Positions 7,875 through 16,781 of a stretch of 64,000 nt of DNA are shown here, piece by piece. The translations under genes and the position numbers were made by a program. The stretch's first letter is position 1, and each line of letters opens with the position of its first letter. The notes under the pieces were generated by a model. That model worked only from the letters and a program-made list of their open reading frames with translations, was not told where the DNA came from and searched no databases. This stretch comes from Candidatus Apopatosoma intestinale (lineage in GTDB: Bacteria > Bacillota > Clostridia > Oscillospirales > CAG-272). Location of the stretch: positions 66,369 through 130,368 of the forward strand of contig DODZ01000035.1 in NCBI GenBank assembly GCA_003524145.1. The letters run 5' to 3'.

Positions 7875-9697
7875 GCTGTTTTACCTCCGAGACTGTTTGC
7901 ACCGCAACCGCTGCAGGCATTGCGGCAATTTTCCGTGGTTTTTCCCTCATGGGCGCGGTGGCGCTCACGAAGCAGAAATTCCTTTGTTACACCTATATCT
8001 ATTATATCCCATGGGAGAACCTCGTCCTCACCGAACTCGCGGTTTGCGTAGAATGCGGGGTCTATGCCCACTGCCGCGAAAACATCGAGCCACTTCTCAT
8101 AGTCGAAATGCTCCTCCCAGCTGTCGAATACCATGCCGCGGCGGTGAGCCTCCTCCATTGCGGCGCAGAGCTTTCTGTCTCCGCGGGCAAAGACGGCTTC
8201 TATGCGGCTTACCTTTGCGTCGTGATAGTTGTATTTCACCTTTCTGTCCTTTATCACGCCGTCGAGATAACGCTGTTTTCTCTCAAGCTCCGCCATATCG
8301 CATTGCGGTTCCCACTGAAAAGGCGTGAACGGCTTCGGAATGAAGCAGGCGGCGGAGATTGTGACGAGCGGCGCCTTGCGCGGTCTGTCCGGCGTCTGAT
8401 AATATGTATCGATAACGCTCTCGGCAACCTCATAGATGCCGTCGAGATCGGCGTCCGTTTCCGTCGGCAGACCCTGCATGAAATAGAGCTTGACTTGGCT
8501 CTTGCCGCCCGAGAAAGCCACGCGGCAGGCGCGGAGCAGGTCCTCTTTTGCGAGATTTTTGTTTATGACATCGCGCAGGCGCTGTGTCCCCGCCTCGGGA
8601 GCAAACGTAAGTCCGCCTGCGCGCACGCTCGAAACCTTATCCATCAGCTCCTTTGTGAAGCTGTCGGCGCGCAGAGATGGAAGCGAGAGCGAGATTTTGC
8701 GCTCGTTTGTCCATTCGAGCAGGCGGTCGGTCAGCTCGTTTATATGAGAATAGTCGCTGATGCTCAGCGAAATGAGGGAGATATCGTCATAGCCGGTGCA
8801 GTCGGCGAGCGTTTTGCCCTCGCGGCAGAGCGTTTCCACGGATTTCTCGCGCACGGGGCGGTAAATCATACCCGCCTGACAGAAGCGGCATCCGCGAATA
8901 CATCCGCGGTATACCTCGAGCATGATGCGGTCATGCACCGTGTCGATAAAAGGCATCACTACCTTTTTCGGGAAGCGCACCGTATCCATATCTTTTATAA
9001 TACGCTTTTTTATCTTCGTCGGGATATCGTCGTATTTCGGCGTATATTTCTTTACCGTGCCGTCATCGTTGTATTCAACGGAATAGAAAGAGGGAACATA
9101 GAAGCCCTCCTGCTTTGCACATTCATGGAGGAAATCTTCCTTTACGAAGCCCTTTTTCTTATGCTTTGCATATATGGTCATCAGCTCGTCTATTTCCTCT
9201 TCGCCTTCGCCGATGAGGCATAGGTCGATGAAATCCGCCATCGGCTCGGCGTTATATGTGCAGGGGCCGCCGCAGACGACTATGGGCATACTCTCATCGC
9301 GGTCGGCGGAGCGTATCGGCACGCCCGAAAGCGACAGCATATTCAGCATATTGGTGTAGCAAAGCTCATACTGGAGCGTAAAGCCTATGAAATCAAATTC
9401 ACGGAGCGGGTCGCCGCTTTCGAGCGCGAAGAGCGGGATATCGTATTCGCGCATATATTTTTCCATATCCGTCCACGGAGCGTAGACTCGCTCACACCAT
9501 GTGTCTGCACGTGCATTGAGTACATCGTAGAGTATGCGTATGCCGAGATTGGACATTCCTATCTCGTATGTATCGGGAAAGCAGAAGGCAAAACGGATAT
9601 CGATATCCTTTTTGTCCTTTATCGTCTGTCCCCATTCGCCGCCCGTGTATCTGGCGGGCTTTTCAACTTTTTTAAGTATTTTCTCCGGTATAGCCAT
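7850..9697 (-). CDS. TIGR03960 family B12-binding-domain radical SAM protein
   Basis: 615 aa. The N-terminus KPARYTGGEWG is characteristic. The radical-SAM cluster is CIRGCRFCQAG. RBS AGGAGG is present. Confidence 0.9.
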   Translation of the reverse strand: MAIPEKILKKVEKPARYTGGEWGQTIKDKKDIDIRFAFCFPDTYEIGMSNLGIRILYDVLNARADTWCERVYAPWTDMEKYMREYDIPLFALESGDPLREFDFIGFTLQYELCYTNMLNMLSLSGVPIRSADRDESMPIVVCGGPCTYNAEPMADFIDLCLIGEGEEEIDELMTIYAKHKKKGFVKEDFLHECAKQEGFYVPSFYSVEYNDDGTVKKYTPKYDDIPTKIKKRIIKDMDTVRFPKKVVMPFIDTVHDRIMLEVYRGCIRGCRFCQAGMIYRPVREKSVETLCREGKTLADCTGYDDISLISLSISDYSHINELTDRLLEWTNERKISLSLPSLRADSFTKELMDKVSSVRAGGLTFAPEAGTQRLRDVINKNLAKEDLLRACRVAFSGGKSQVKLYFMQGLPTETDADLDGIYEVAESVIDTYYQTPDRPRKAPLVTISAACFIPKPFTPFQWEPQCDMAELERKQRYLDGVIKDRKVKYNYHDAKVSRIEAVFARGDRKLCAAMEEAHRRGMVFDSWEEHFDYEKWLDVFAAVGIDPAFYANREFGEDEVLPWDIIDIGVTKEFLLRERHRAHEGKTTENCRNACSGCGANSLGGKTAWCPKAKK

Positions 9698-9723
9698 GTG
9701 GCTTATCCTCCTTGGGTTTTCGC

Positions 9724-12700
9724 TTATTTTCTACGCGCACGGCTTTTTGAGGCGGCGCGACATATCGCTTTGTTTTTACAGTATTCACATGGGTCGGTGT
9801 CTCCATCCGAAACAGGCGCGGCGCAAGCTTCGCCAGAGCGCAGTTTTGCGGCAAATGCGAGCACGGTATTCCGTACATCACCGCGCAGGCTCTCAAATTC
9901 CCCGCGCGTGAGCAGACCCTTGCCCGAGGCGAGATTTTTCTCCGTTATCGGTATGAAATGCCCCTCGAGATTTCGCTCCATCTCGCGCAGAACCTTTTCG
10001 TCGTTTATGAGAATGCCGCTTTTCACGGGGGCGAAATCGGCTTCGACTTCTTCGCCGATGTGTCCGCTCTTCTGCGGCGGCTTTACGCCGATGTAGAGCA
10101 CACCTGCGGGAAGAGGCTTTTTGCCGTAGCGCCGCTCGCCGTTTTCGCAGACGGAAAAGAGATAGAGCAGCATCTGCAGGTCAAAGCCCTCGCGGATTTT
10201 ATTCATATCAAAGGTTTTTGTGCCTGTTTTGTAGTCGGCTATGCGCACATACAGGTTTCCGTCGTCACTCTCGAGTGTATCCACTCGATCGATGACTCCG
10301 CGCAGAGAAACCCTGCCGTTTTCATCCTCGAGCTTCATCGGCGGGATGCTTCCTTCGCCCGTACCTATGCCTGCTTCAAAATCGACCGCGCGGAAGCCGC
10401 TCTGGTCAAATTCGTGTACCATATCGGAGACAAAGGCGGCGGCACTGCGGCAGAGCTTATCCGAAATATGTCGGAGTCTGCCCGAGATAAAATCCTCTCC
10501 GCCGGCGGTTTTGCGCAGGTATTCCTCTGCCCGCGAACGGATATATGCGTCTGTTTTCGCCGCGTCGTGTTCGCCCGAATCGAGGACGAATTTTGCTGTT
10601 TCCTCAAGCAGCTTGTGCATGAAATTTCCTATATCGAGCGCACCGAATTTTATCCTTGTGCAGTCGGCTATTTTCAGCTCGTAATCGCAGAAATACGAAA
10701 AATTGCACCTTATGTATTTTTCCAGCCGCGAATAGCTGATATTCACTCTCTCGGGGAAAAGCTCTCCCGTGCATTCGGGAGTGAGACGGCACTCCTTTGC
10801 CGAGAGCGGCTCGCCCGCGTATTTCAGCCTCGGGGCATATTTTTCGTTTGAAAGGAAATATGCACGCAGCTTTTCTCCGAGAGCGCCGGAAAGAGAAGCG
10901 GCATATTCCATGGCAGGGAGCGGACGCTCGATAAGCTCCGCTGTCGGCACATCGTCGAAGCGCTCCTCGCGAAGCTTCGGAAACATTTCGAGCATGCGGC
11001 GGAGCGGGGTGCATTTTGACGCTTTCTCCCCGCTGATATATCGCGGATAAGTCACCGTCAGTGTATCTGAAGCCGAGCATACCGCGGAATAGAAGAAGAA
11101 AAGCTCGTCCGCAAGCTTGTTTTCCAGCCGCGTGCTTATATCTATGCCGATATCGGAGAGCAGCTTTTTCTCATGCTCGGAGAAGAAGCTTTCTTCTGTC
11201 ACCGCGGCGGGAAAAACGCCCTCTGCCGCACCGATAACATAGACGTGCTTCACATTTTCGGAGTTTGAGGCTCCCGCTTCCGTTATCAGCACCTCGTCTA
11301 CGGAGGTGGGTATATTGCCGACATCCTTATCCTGCGCCATCATTCGGAGCATGAAGGTAAAGCCCTCGCAGGTTACGTCGGTGTCGCCCGAGCATGCGAC
11401 GAGACTGTCCAGCATATCGCAGATCAGCCCATGCGCCTGTGAAAGCTCGGCGGCAATGCCCGCCTCCCCCGCATCCGTGAGCGCACGGCAGAGCTTTTCC
11501 GTCATTTCCGGTATGCGCATATACGATATGAAATCGAAAAGCACACGGCAATGCTCGCGCACGCTCTGCTTCTTTCCCGCCTCTGCACAGAACATATGAA
11601 GAGGAGCGATGACGGCATTTTTTACAGAATTTATCTCGACGAGCCTGCGCTCCGTTTCTTCATTTGCCACGGTGCCGTAGCCGTCGGGATTCATTGTCCA
11701 TGCCGCGCCGTCGGTGAAGCGCGCGCCGTGTATATTCCACCGGGTGATATATGTTTCAAAAAGACCGAGGGACTCATCGGGGATATCGAGAAGTCCTGTC
11801 TTGATATAAGCCGTGACATTTTCGAGAGTGAAGCCGCGGCGGCATATTTCGAGCGCCGCGAAAACGAAGCGTATCGGCGAGAGCCGCATGATATCCGAGC
11901 GCGACGAGAGAAAATACGGTATCTCATAGCTTCGGAGCATTGCGTCGATTATGCCCGCATAGTCGTCGCGCCTGCGCGAAATTATTGCGAAATCGCGATA
12001 TCTGGCGCCGAGCCGCACGCGTCTTGCTATATCGCAGGCGACGGCGCGCGCTTCTTCTGTCTTGTTTGCGGCACATATGACGCGCAGTGCGTTACACTTC
12101 GGCTCGTATTTCGGCTTGACATTCGGTTCATGCCAGAGATTCAGCGCGAGATATGAAAGCTCGGGTACCGAAAAGCGCGGAGCTTCACGCAGTACCGTAT
12201 CGGGGAGTGTTGTGCATCCGTTTTCACAGGCTGAGGCGCGGAGCCGCCTGCCCGTTTCGTTTATGTTATAGAAAGGAGCGAGCGCGGCATCCTCGGTCGG
12301 GTCATAGGCGAGCGTGATACAGACATTCTCCGCCTGACGGAAAATTTCGGAGATTATCTCATACTGCTCCTTTGTAAAGAAAGCGAACGAATCGACGAAA
12401 ACATCGCAACCGACGAAAAATCCGCCGGCGCGGAGCTTGTCCGCCGCTTCCGAGAGCGCGGAGTCGGGATCGTCATATTTCTCGGCGACAAGCGCATCGT
12501 ATTTGGAGGAGATGAGCGCAATATCGGAGAGCTTGCCGCAGAGGCGTGTATTTTCGGCGAGCTTTTCCGATGCCGCCATGAGCGCCTGCGGCGTAACCTT
12601 GCCGCGCATCATATCCGAGCGGAGCTTCACAAGCTCGTTTACGGCATTTGTATCGGAATCCGATATGCCGCCGTAAACGGAAAGTGCGGGCGAGAGGAAA

Positions 12701-12981
12701 GTGAGCGCACGGCGCATGAGAATCCTTTTTGCGCCGTTTTCTATGTATGTTTTGCAGATTCCGCCGTATCTGCGGAAAACAAAATCGCAGAGCCGAGTGA
12801 AGGTTATGATATCGAGATCTGCGCCGAGATTTCGCTTTGCCGCGGTGCGCTCGGCATTGACAGCCTCTCTGTCCGGCACGAGAAAATAGGCATGCCTGCC
12901 GCTTTGCGCCGATTTTTCGGCTATGTCAAAGAGAAGCTCGCTCTTTCCCGAGCCGCTTCTGCCGTATATGAAGCTGACCAT
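9724..12981 (-). CDS. addB: Helicase-exonuclease AddAB subunit AddB
   Basis: 1085 aa. Contains N-terminal P-loop GRSGSGKS, C-terminal RecB-type nuclease motif IADYKTG, and Fe-S cysteines (C...C near YIRCNFSYFC and CEYCKNKAIC). Confidence 0.9.
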   Translation of the reverse strand: MVSFIYGRSGSGKSELLFDIAEKSAQSGRHAYFLVPDREAVNAERTAAKRNLGADLDIITFTRLCDFVFRRYGGICKTYIENGAKRILMRRALTFLSPALSVYGGISDSDTNAVNELVKLRSDMMRGKVTPQALMAASEKLAENTRLCGKLSDIALISSKYDALVAEKYDDPDSALSEAADKLRAGGFFVGCDVFVDSFAFFTKEQYEIISEIFRQAENVCITLAYDPTEDAALAPFYNINETGRRLRASACENGCTTLPDTVLREAPRFSVPELSYLALNLWHEPNVKPKYEPKCNALRVICAANKTEEARAVACDIARRVRLGARYRDFAIISRRRDDYAGIIDAMLRSYEIPYFLSSRSDIMRLSPIRFVFAALEICRRGFTLENVTAYIKTGLLDIPDESLGLFETYITRWNIHGARFTDGAAWTMNPDGYGTVANEETERRLVEINSVKNAVIAPLHMFCAEAGKKQSVREHCRVLFDFISYMRIPEMTEKLCRALTDAGEAGIAAELSQAHGLICDMLDSLVACSGDTDVTCEGFTFMLRMMAQDKDVGNIPTSVDEVLITEAGASNSENVKHVYVIGAAEGVFPAAVTEESFFSEHEKKLLSDIGIDISTRLENKLADELFFFYSAVCSASDTLTVTYPRYISGEKASKCTPLRRMLEMFPKLREERFDDVPTAELIERPLPAMEYAASLSGALGEKLRAYFLSNEKYAPRLKYAGEPLSAKECRLTPECTGELFPERVNISYSRLEKYIRCNFSYFCDYELKIADCTRIKFGALDIGNFMHKLLEETAKFVLDSGEHDAAKTDAYIRSRAEEYLRKTAGGEDFISGRLRHISDKLCRSAAAFVSDMVHEFDQSGFRAVDFEAGIGTGEGSIPPMKLEDENGRVSLRGVIDRVDTLESDDGNLYVRIADYKTGTKTFDMNKIREGFDLQMLLYLFSVCENGERRYGKKPLPAGVLYIGVKPPQKSGHIGEEVEADFAPVKSGILINDEKVLREMERNLEGHFIPITEKNLASGKGLLTRGEFESLRGDVRNTVLAFAAKLRSGEACAAPVSDGDTDPCEYCKNKAICRAASKSRARRK

Positions 12982-13014
12982 ATGCCTTTTCCTCCTTATT
13001 GCAATCGTTTTTTA

Positions 13015-13698
13015 TCAGTATATCTGCGCCGCCGTTTCTATATCGTGAGAGCGCAGGAGCTTTTTCAGCATGAAATAGTAGCCAGAGTAGATATAATAGA
13101 TATTGTCGCAGGAGCGAGAATGCGAAACGCAGACATCCTTTACCGTGAAAAGCGAGTCGCTGACGACGAGTATCACGGCGTTTTCTCCGAGAGCCGTTGC
13201 CATATCGAGATAATATTTTTCGCTCCTGCCGCGGCGGATATGGAAGAAGAGATAAACTCTTTTGCCGCGAAGATATCCGCGGAAAAATGTATTCCATTTG
13301 CGTTGCAGGATAAGACCGACGAGAAAAGCCGAAAGCGTCATAAGTCCCAGCACGGGCAGGGTGACGGCGAGCACGCCTGCCGCCACGACGAGCGCGACGC
13401 TCCCGTGAACTATTGCGATGATATATTTTGCTATGAGGATGAGATTTGAAGCGAAAACATATTTGCGCAGGGTAAACATCGCCTTATCATATATTGCGTA
13501 TGCGGCGGTGCTCTTTATCCTGAGCAGATTGTATGCCCAGAAGCCCGAGGCGCTTTGCAGGCGCATTTTCTTGTGTATCTGCGCCTGAGCACCGCCCTGC
13601 TTTGCACCGGAAAGCATATCGATGCGATGGGTGAGATATTCGTTTTGCTTTCGCAGTTTTCTGTTTTCACGCTTTAATGCACGAAGCTCTTTGTTCAT
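13015..13698 (-). CDS. Hypothetical membrane protein with basic coiled-coil N-terminus
   Basis: 227 aa. The N-terminus is MNKELRALKRENRKLRKQNEYL, followed by 2-3 hydrophobic segments and a C-terminal globular part. RBS GGAGAG is present. I recognise no family. Confidence 0.6.
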   Translation of the reverse strand: MNKELRALKRENRKLRKQNEYLTHRIDMLSGAKQGGAQAQIHKKMRLQSASGFWAYNLLRIKSTAAYAIYDKAMFTLRKYVFASNLILIAKYIIAIVHGSVALVVAAGVLAVTLPVLGLMTLSAFLVGLILQRKWNTFFRGYLRGKRVYLFFHIRRGRSEKYYLDMATALGENAVILVVSDSLFTVKDVCVSHSRSCDNIYYIYSGYYFMLKKLLRSHDIETAAQIY

Positions 13699-13760
13699 GG
13701 GTCTCTCCGATTTGTAATAAGCCAGATATTATTGTAAATCATGCGTAAAATGAGGTGTTT

Positions 13761-14594
13761 CTATTCGTTTTTGCCGCTTTGCCCCTCGAAAAGCGCGAGA
13801 TTGCGCAGTATCGTTTTTCTGCCGCGCCAAGAAAAGGCTCGGGAGGCAAATTCTTCATCGCTCATCTCGTTTACTCTTTCAATTGTGAGCATTGATATCC
13901 TGTCGCGACAGAAAAACTCTATCGGCGTTTTCGTGCCGCGCTCTGTTACGCGGCGCACGAGCGGACAGCTCGTCTGGCATATGTCGCATCCCCATGCGCT
14001 GCCGTATTTCCGGATGTATGCCGCTTCTTCAGGCGTCAGTTCGCCTTTTTTCTGTGTTACGGCGGAAAGGCAGTCCATGCCGCTTTCCGTCATCGGGCAG
14101 GCGGCTTTGCATTTGCCGCAGTGCAGGCAGCCGCCTGTGACAGGCTCGCGCCCGTCGTAGCCCAGTTCCTCTGCCGGCACCTCGGAAAGAATTTCCCCGA
14201 TAAAGACAAAGGAGCCGTATTTTTCGTTTATGAGCAGGCGATTGTCGCCGATTATGCCCAGTCCCGCGCACGCCGCCGTGTATGTTTCCGAGAGAGGCGA
14301 TTTGTCGGCAAAGCCCCAAAAGTGCCTGCCGTAGCATTCCTCAAGCCTTGCGCATATGCGGGAAAAGAGCGAATCGCAGTAGCTATGGTAATCGAGGCTT
14401 CGCGCATAGAGCGATATATTGCCATCGCCGTCGTCGCCCGCGATATACGGTACAAGAAACATAACGGCGCTCTTTACCTCCGCAATGTCGATGCCCCTGC
14501 GGGAAATGAAATCGGGGCGCATGACCTCGCACTTATCAAAGGGAAGCGCGGCAAAAAACTCTATATTTTCATCGGAAAAAACCTTTTTTATCAT
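13761..14594 (-). CDS. Epoxyqueuosine reductase (QueG)-like 4Fe-4S double-cluster protein
   Basis: 277 aa with two ferredoxin-type motifs, CLHCGKCKAACP and CDICQTSCP. It is shorter than canonical QueG, so the function is tentative. Confidence 0.7.
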   Translation of the reverse strand: MIKKVFSDENIEFFAALPFDKCEVMRPDFISRRGIDIAEVKSAVMFLVPYIAGDDGDGNISLYARSLDYHSYCDSLFSRICARLEECYGRHFWGFADKSPLSETYTAACAGLGIIGDNRLLINEKYGSFVFIGEILSEVPAEELGYDGREPVTGGCLHCGKCKAACPMTESGMDCLSAVTQKKGELTPEEAAYIRKYGSAWGCDICQTSCPLVRRVTERGTKTPIEFFCRDRISMLTIERVNEMSDEEFASRAFSWRGRKTILRNLALFEGQSGKNE

Positions 14595-14624
14595 GATCTG
14601 CCCCCGAACTTTTGAAAAAACTTC

Positions 14625-14653
14625 TTGATATTTATAACAATATATGGTAGAAT
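14625..14653 (+). promoter_or_regulatory. Sigma-A-type promoter for the topoisomerase operon
   Basis: TTGATA (14625-14630), 17-nt spacer, TAGAAT (14648-14653), with TGg immediately upstream as an extended -10. Lies in the divergent intergenic region. Confidence 0.5.
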
Positions 14654-14759
14654 AAACTCAAGTACTATACTAATTATACTGATTTTTGTAAATAAATCAA
14701 TATTATATTGAAATTTCCCGCGGCGGAAAGAAAAAATACATGAGGAGTTTTCGTAAAAA

Positions 14760-16760
14760 ATGGCAAGCAAGAGCAAGGACTACGGCAATAACAGTATATC
14801 GTCTATAAAAGGAGCGGACAGAGTGCGCCTTCGCCCTGCCGTTATTTTCGGCTCGGACGGAATAGACGGATGCCGCCACAGCGTTTTTGAAATAGTGTCA
14901 AACGCTGTCGATGAGGCGGGTGCCGGCTACGGCAATCTGATAAATGTCACCGCATATAAAGACCTCAGCATATGCGTTGAGGACTTCGGTCGCGGCGTGC
15001 CGCTCGGCTATAATGAAGCAGAGGGAAGATACAACTGGGAGCTTGTCTACTGCGAGCTTTACGCGGGAGGCAAATACAATGTCGGCGGTGAGGATTCCTC
15101 ATATGAATTTTCTCTCGGACTCAACGGACTCGGCGCCGCATCCACGCAGTACGCCTCGGAATATATGCAGGTGCGCTCGTATCGCGACGGTGAAATGTAC
15201 GAGATGAATTTCAAAAAGGGCTGTCCGGTCGGCGAGCTGACGGCAACGCCGCTCACCAAAAAGGACAAAAAGACAGGCACCACGGTTTGCTGGAAGCCGG
15301 ATTCGGAGGTTTTCACCGATATCAATGTCGGCAAGGAATACTATACCACGATGCTGGACAGGCAGGCAATGGTAAATCCGGGGGTGAAATTTGTTTTCAG
15401 ATGGGAAAACGAGGACGGAACCTTCGAGGAGCATGAATATTACTACGAAAACGGCATTGCCGACTATATAGCCGCGGCGGCGGGCGAAACCTCGCTCACG
15501 GCTCCCGTGGTCTGGAATATGCAGGATAAGGGCAGAGACTGCGACAACAGAGACGAATACCGCCTGAAAGCGCAGATAGCTTTCTGCTTTTCCAATACGA
15601 CGCACCTGACTGAATATTACCACAATTCGAGCTATCTCGAATACGGCGGCTCACCCGACCGTGCCGTCCGCGCCGCATTCACATATGCCATAGACAAATA
15701 TCTGCGCCAGACCGGCAAATATACAAAGAGCGAGCAGAAGATAAGCTATGCCGACATAGCCGATTGCCTGATACTGATTATCAGCAGCTTTTCCACGCAG
15801 GCTTCATATGAAAACCAGACGAAAAAGAGCATAACGAATACCTTCATTCAGGAGTCGCTGACAAACTTCATGAAGGAAAATCTCGAGCTTTATTTTCGCG
15901 AGAAGCCGCTGGAGGCGGAAAAAATAGCTTCTCAGGTGCTGATAAACAAGCGCAGCCGCGAGGAAGCGGAAAATACACGCGTCAGCGCCAAGAAGAAGAT
16001 GACGACGGCAAACGACGTGACAAACCGCATAAACAAATTCGTTTCCTGTCGCTCCAAGGACCCGACGAGAAGAGAACTCTATATAGTTGAGGGCGATTCG
16101 GCACTCACCTCGGTAAAGCTCGGCAGAGATGCGGAATTTCAGGCGATAATCCCCGTTCGCGGAAAGACGCTCAACTGCCTGAAGAGCACATACAAGAAGA
16201 TTCTCGAGAGCGATATCATAATGGACCTCGTGAATGCCGTCGGTTGCGGAATGGAGCTGGAGAGCGGGCACAAGGAAAATAAAAAATCGCCGATGGCTTT
16301 TGACCGTTCGGCACTGCGCTGGAGCAAGATAATCATCTGTACCGATGCCGATGAGGACGGCTATCAGATAAGAACGCTCCTGCTCACGCTTTTCTACAGG
16401 CTTCTTCCGAAGCTCGTGGATGAGGGGCTTGTTTTCATAGCGGAATCACCGCTCTATGAGATAACCTGCAAGGACGAGACATACTTTGCCTATGACGAAA
16501 AGGAAAAGGCGGAGATAACGGAAAAGCTGAAAGGCGCGAAATATACCGTTCAGCGCTCAAAGGGTCTCGGCGAAAACGAACCCGATATGATGTGGAAAAC
16601 GACGATGAACCCCGCGACGCGCAGACTCATCCAGATCTGTCCCGACGACAGGGAAGCGACGGACTATATTTTCGATACGCTTCTCGGCGACAATCTGAAA
16701 GAGAGAAAAGCCTTCATCGCCAAAAACGGCAAGTTCTACTTCGGTCAGGCTGATGTTTAA
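14760..16760 (+). CDS. Type IIA DNA topoisomerase subunit B (divergent ParE/GyrB-like paralog)
   Basis: 666 aa. Contains GHKL ATPase motifs (EIVSNAVDEA, GLNGLGA), TOPRIM EGDSA and PVRGK, and DADEDG. Confidence 0.9.
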   Translation: MASKSKDYGNNSISSIKGADRVRLRPAVIFGSDGIDGCRHSVFEIVSNAVDEAGAGYGNLINVTAYKDLSICVEDFGRGVPLGYNEAEGRYNWELVYCELYAGGKYNVGGEDSSYEFSLGLNGLGAASTQYASEYMQVRSYRDGEMYEMNFKKGCPVGELTATPLTKKDKKTGTTVCWKPDSEVFTDINVGKEYYTTMLDRQAMVNPGVKFVFRWENEDGTFEEHEYYYENGIADYIAAAAGETSLTAPVVWNMQDKGRDCDNRDEYRLKAQIAFCFSNTTHLTEYYHNSSYLEYGGSPDRAVRAAFTYAIDKYLRQTGKYTKSEQKISYADIADCLILIISSFSTQASYENQTKKSITNTFIQESLTNFMKENLELYFREKPLEAEKIASQVLINKRSREEAENTRVSAKKKMTTANDVTNRINKFVSCRSKDPTRRELYIVEGDSALTSVKLGRDAEFQAIIPVRGKTLNCLKSTYKKILESDIIMDLVNAVGCGMELESGHKENKKSPMAFDRSALRWSKIIICTDADEDGYQIRTLLLTLFYRLLPKLVDEGLVFIAESPLYEITCKDETYFAYDEKEKAEITEKLKGAKYTVQRSKGLGENEPDMMWKTTMNPATRRLIQICPDDREATDYIFDTLLGDNLKERKAFIAKNGKFYFGQADV

Positions 16761-16781
16761 TCGCGCGGAAAGGAGAAAGCA

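Noticed and set aside
7949-9223. 424-aa plus-strand ORF antisense to the radical-SAM gene
   Set aside because: Same reasoning. I recognise no motifs, and it is completely nested opposite a gene with strong family signatures.
9958-10851. 297-aa plus-strand ORF antisense to addB, plus several shorter ones up to 12156
   Set aside because: These are antisense shadow ORFs inside a well-supported 1085-aa AddB reading frame.
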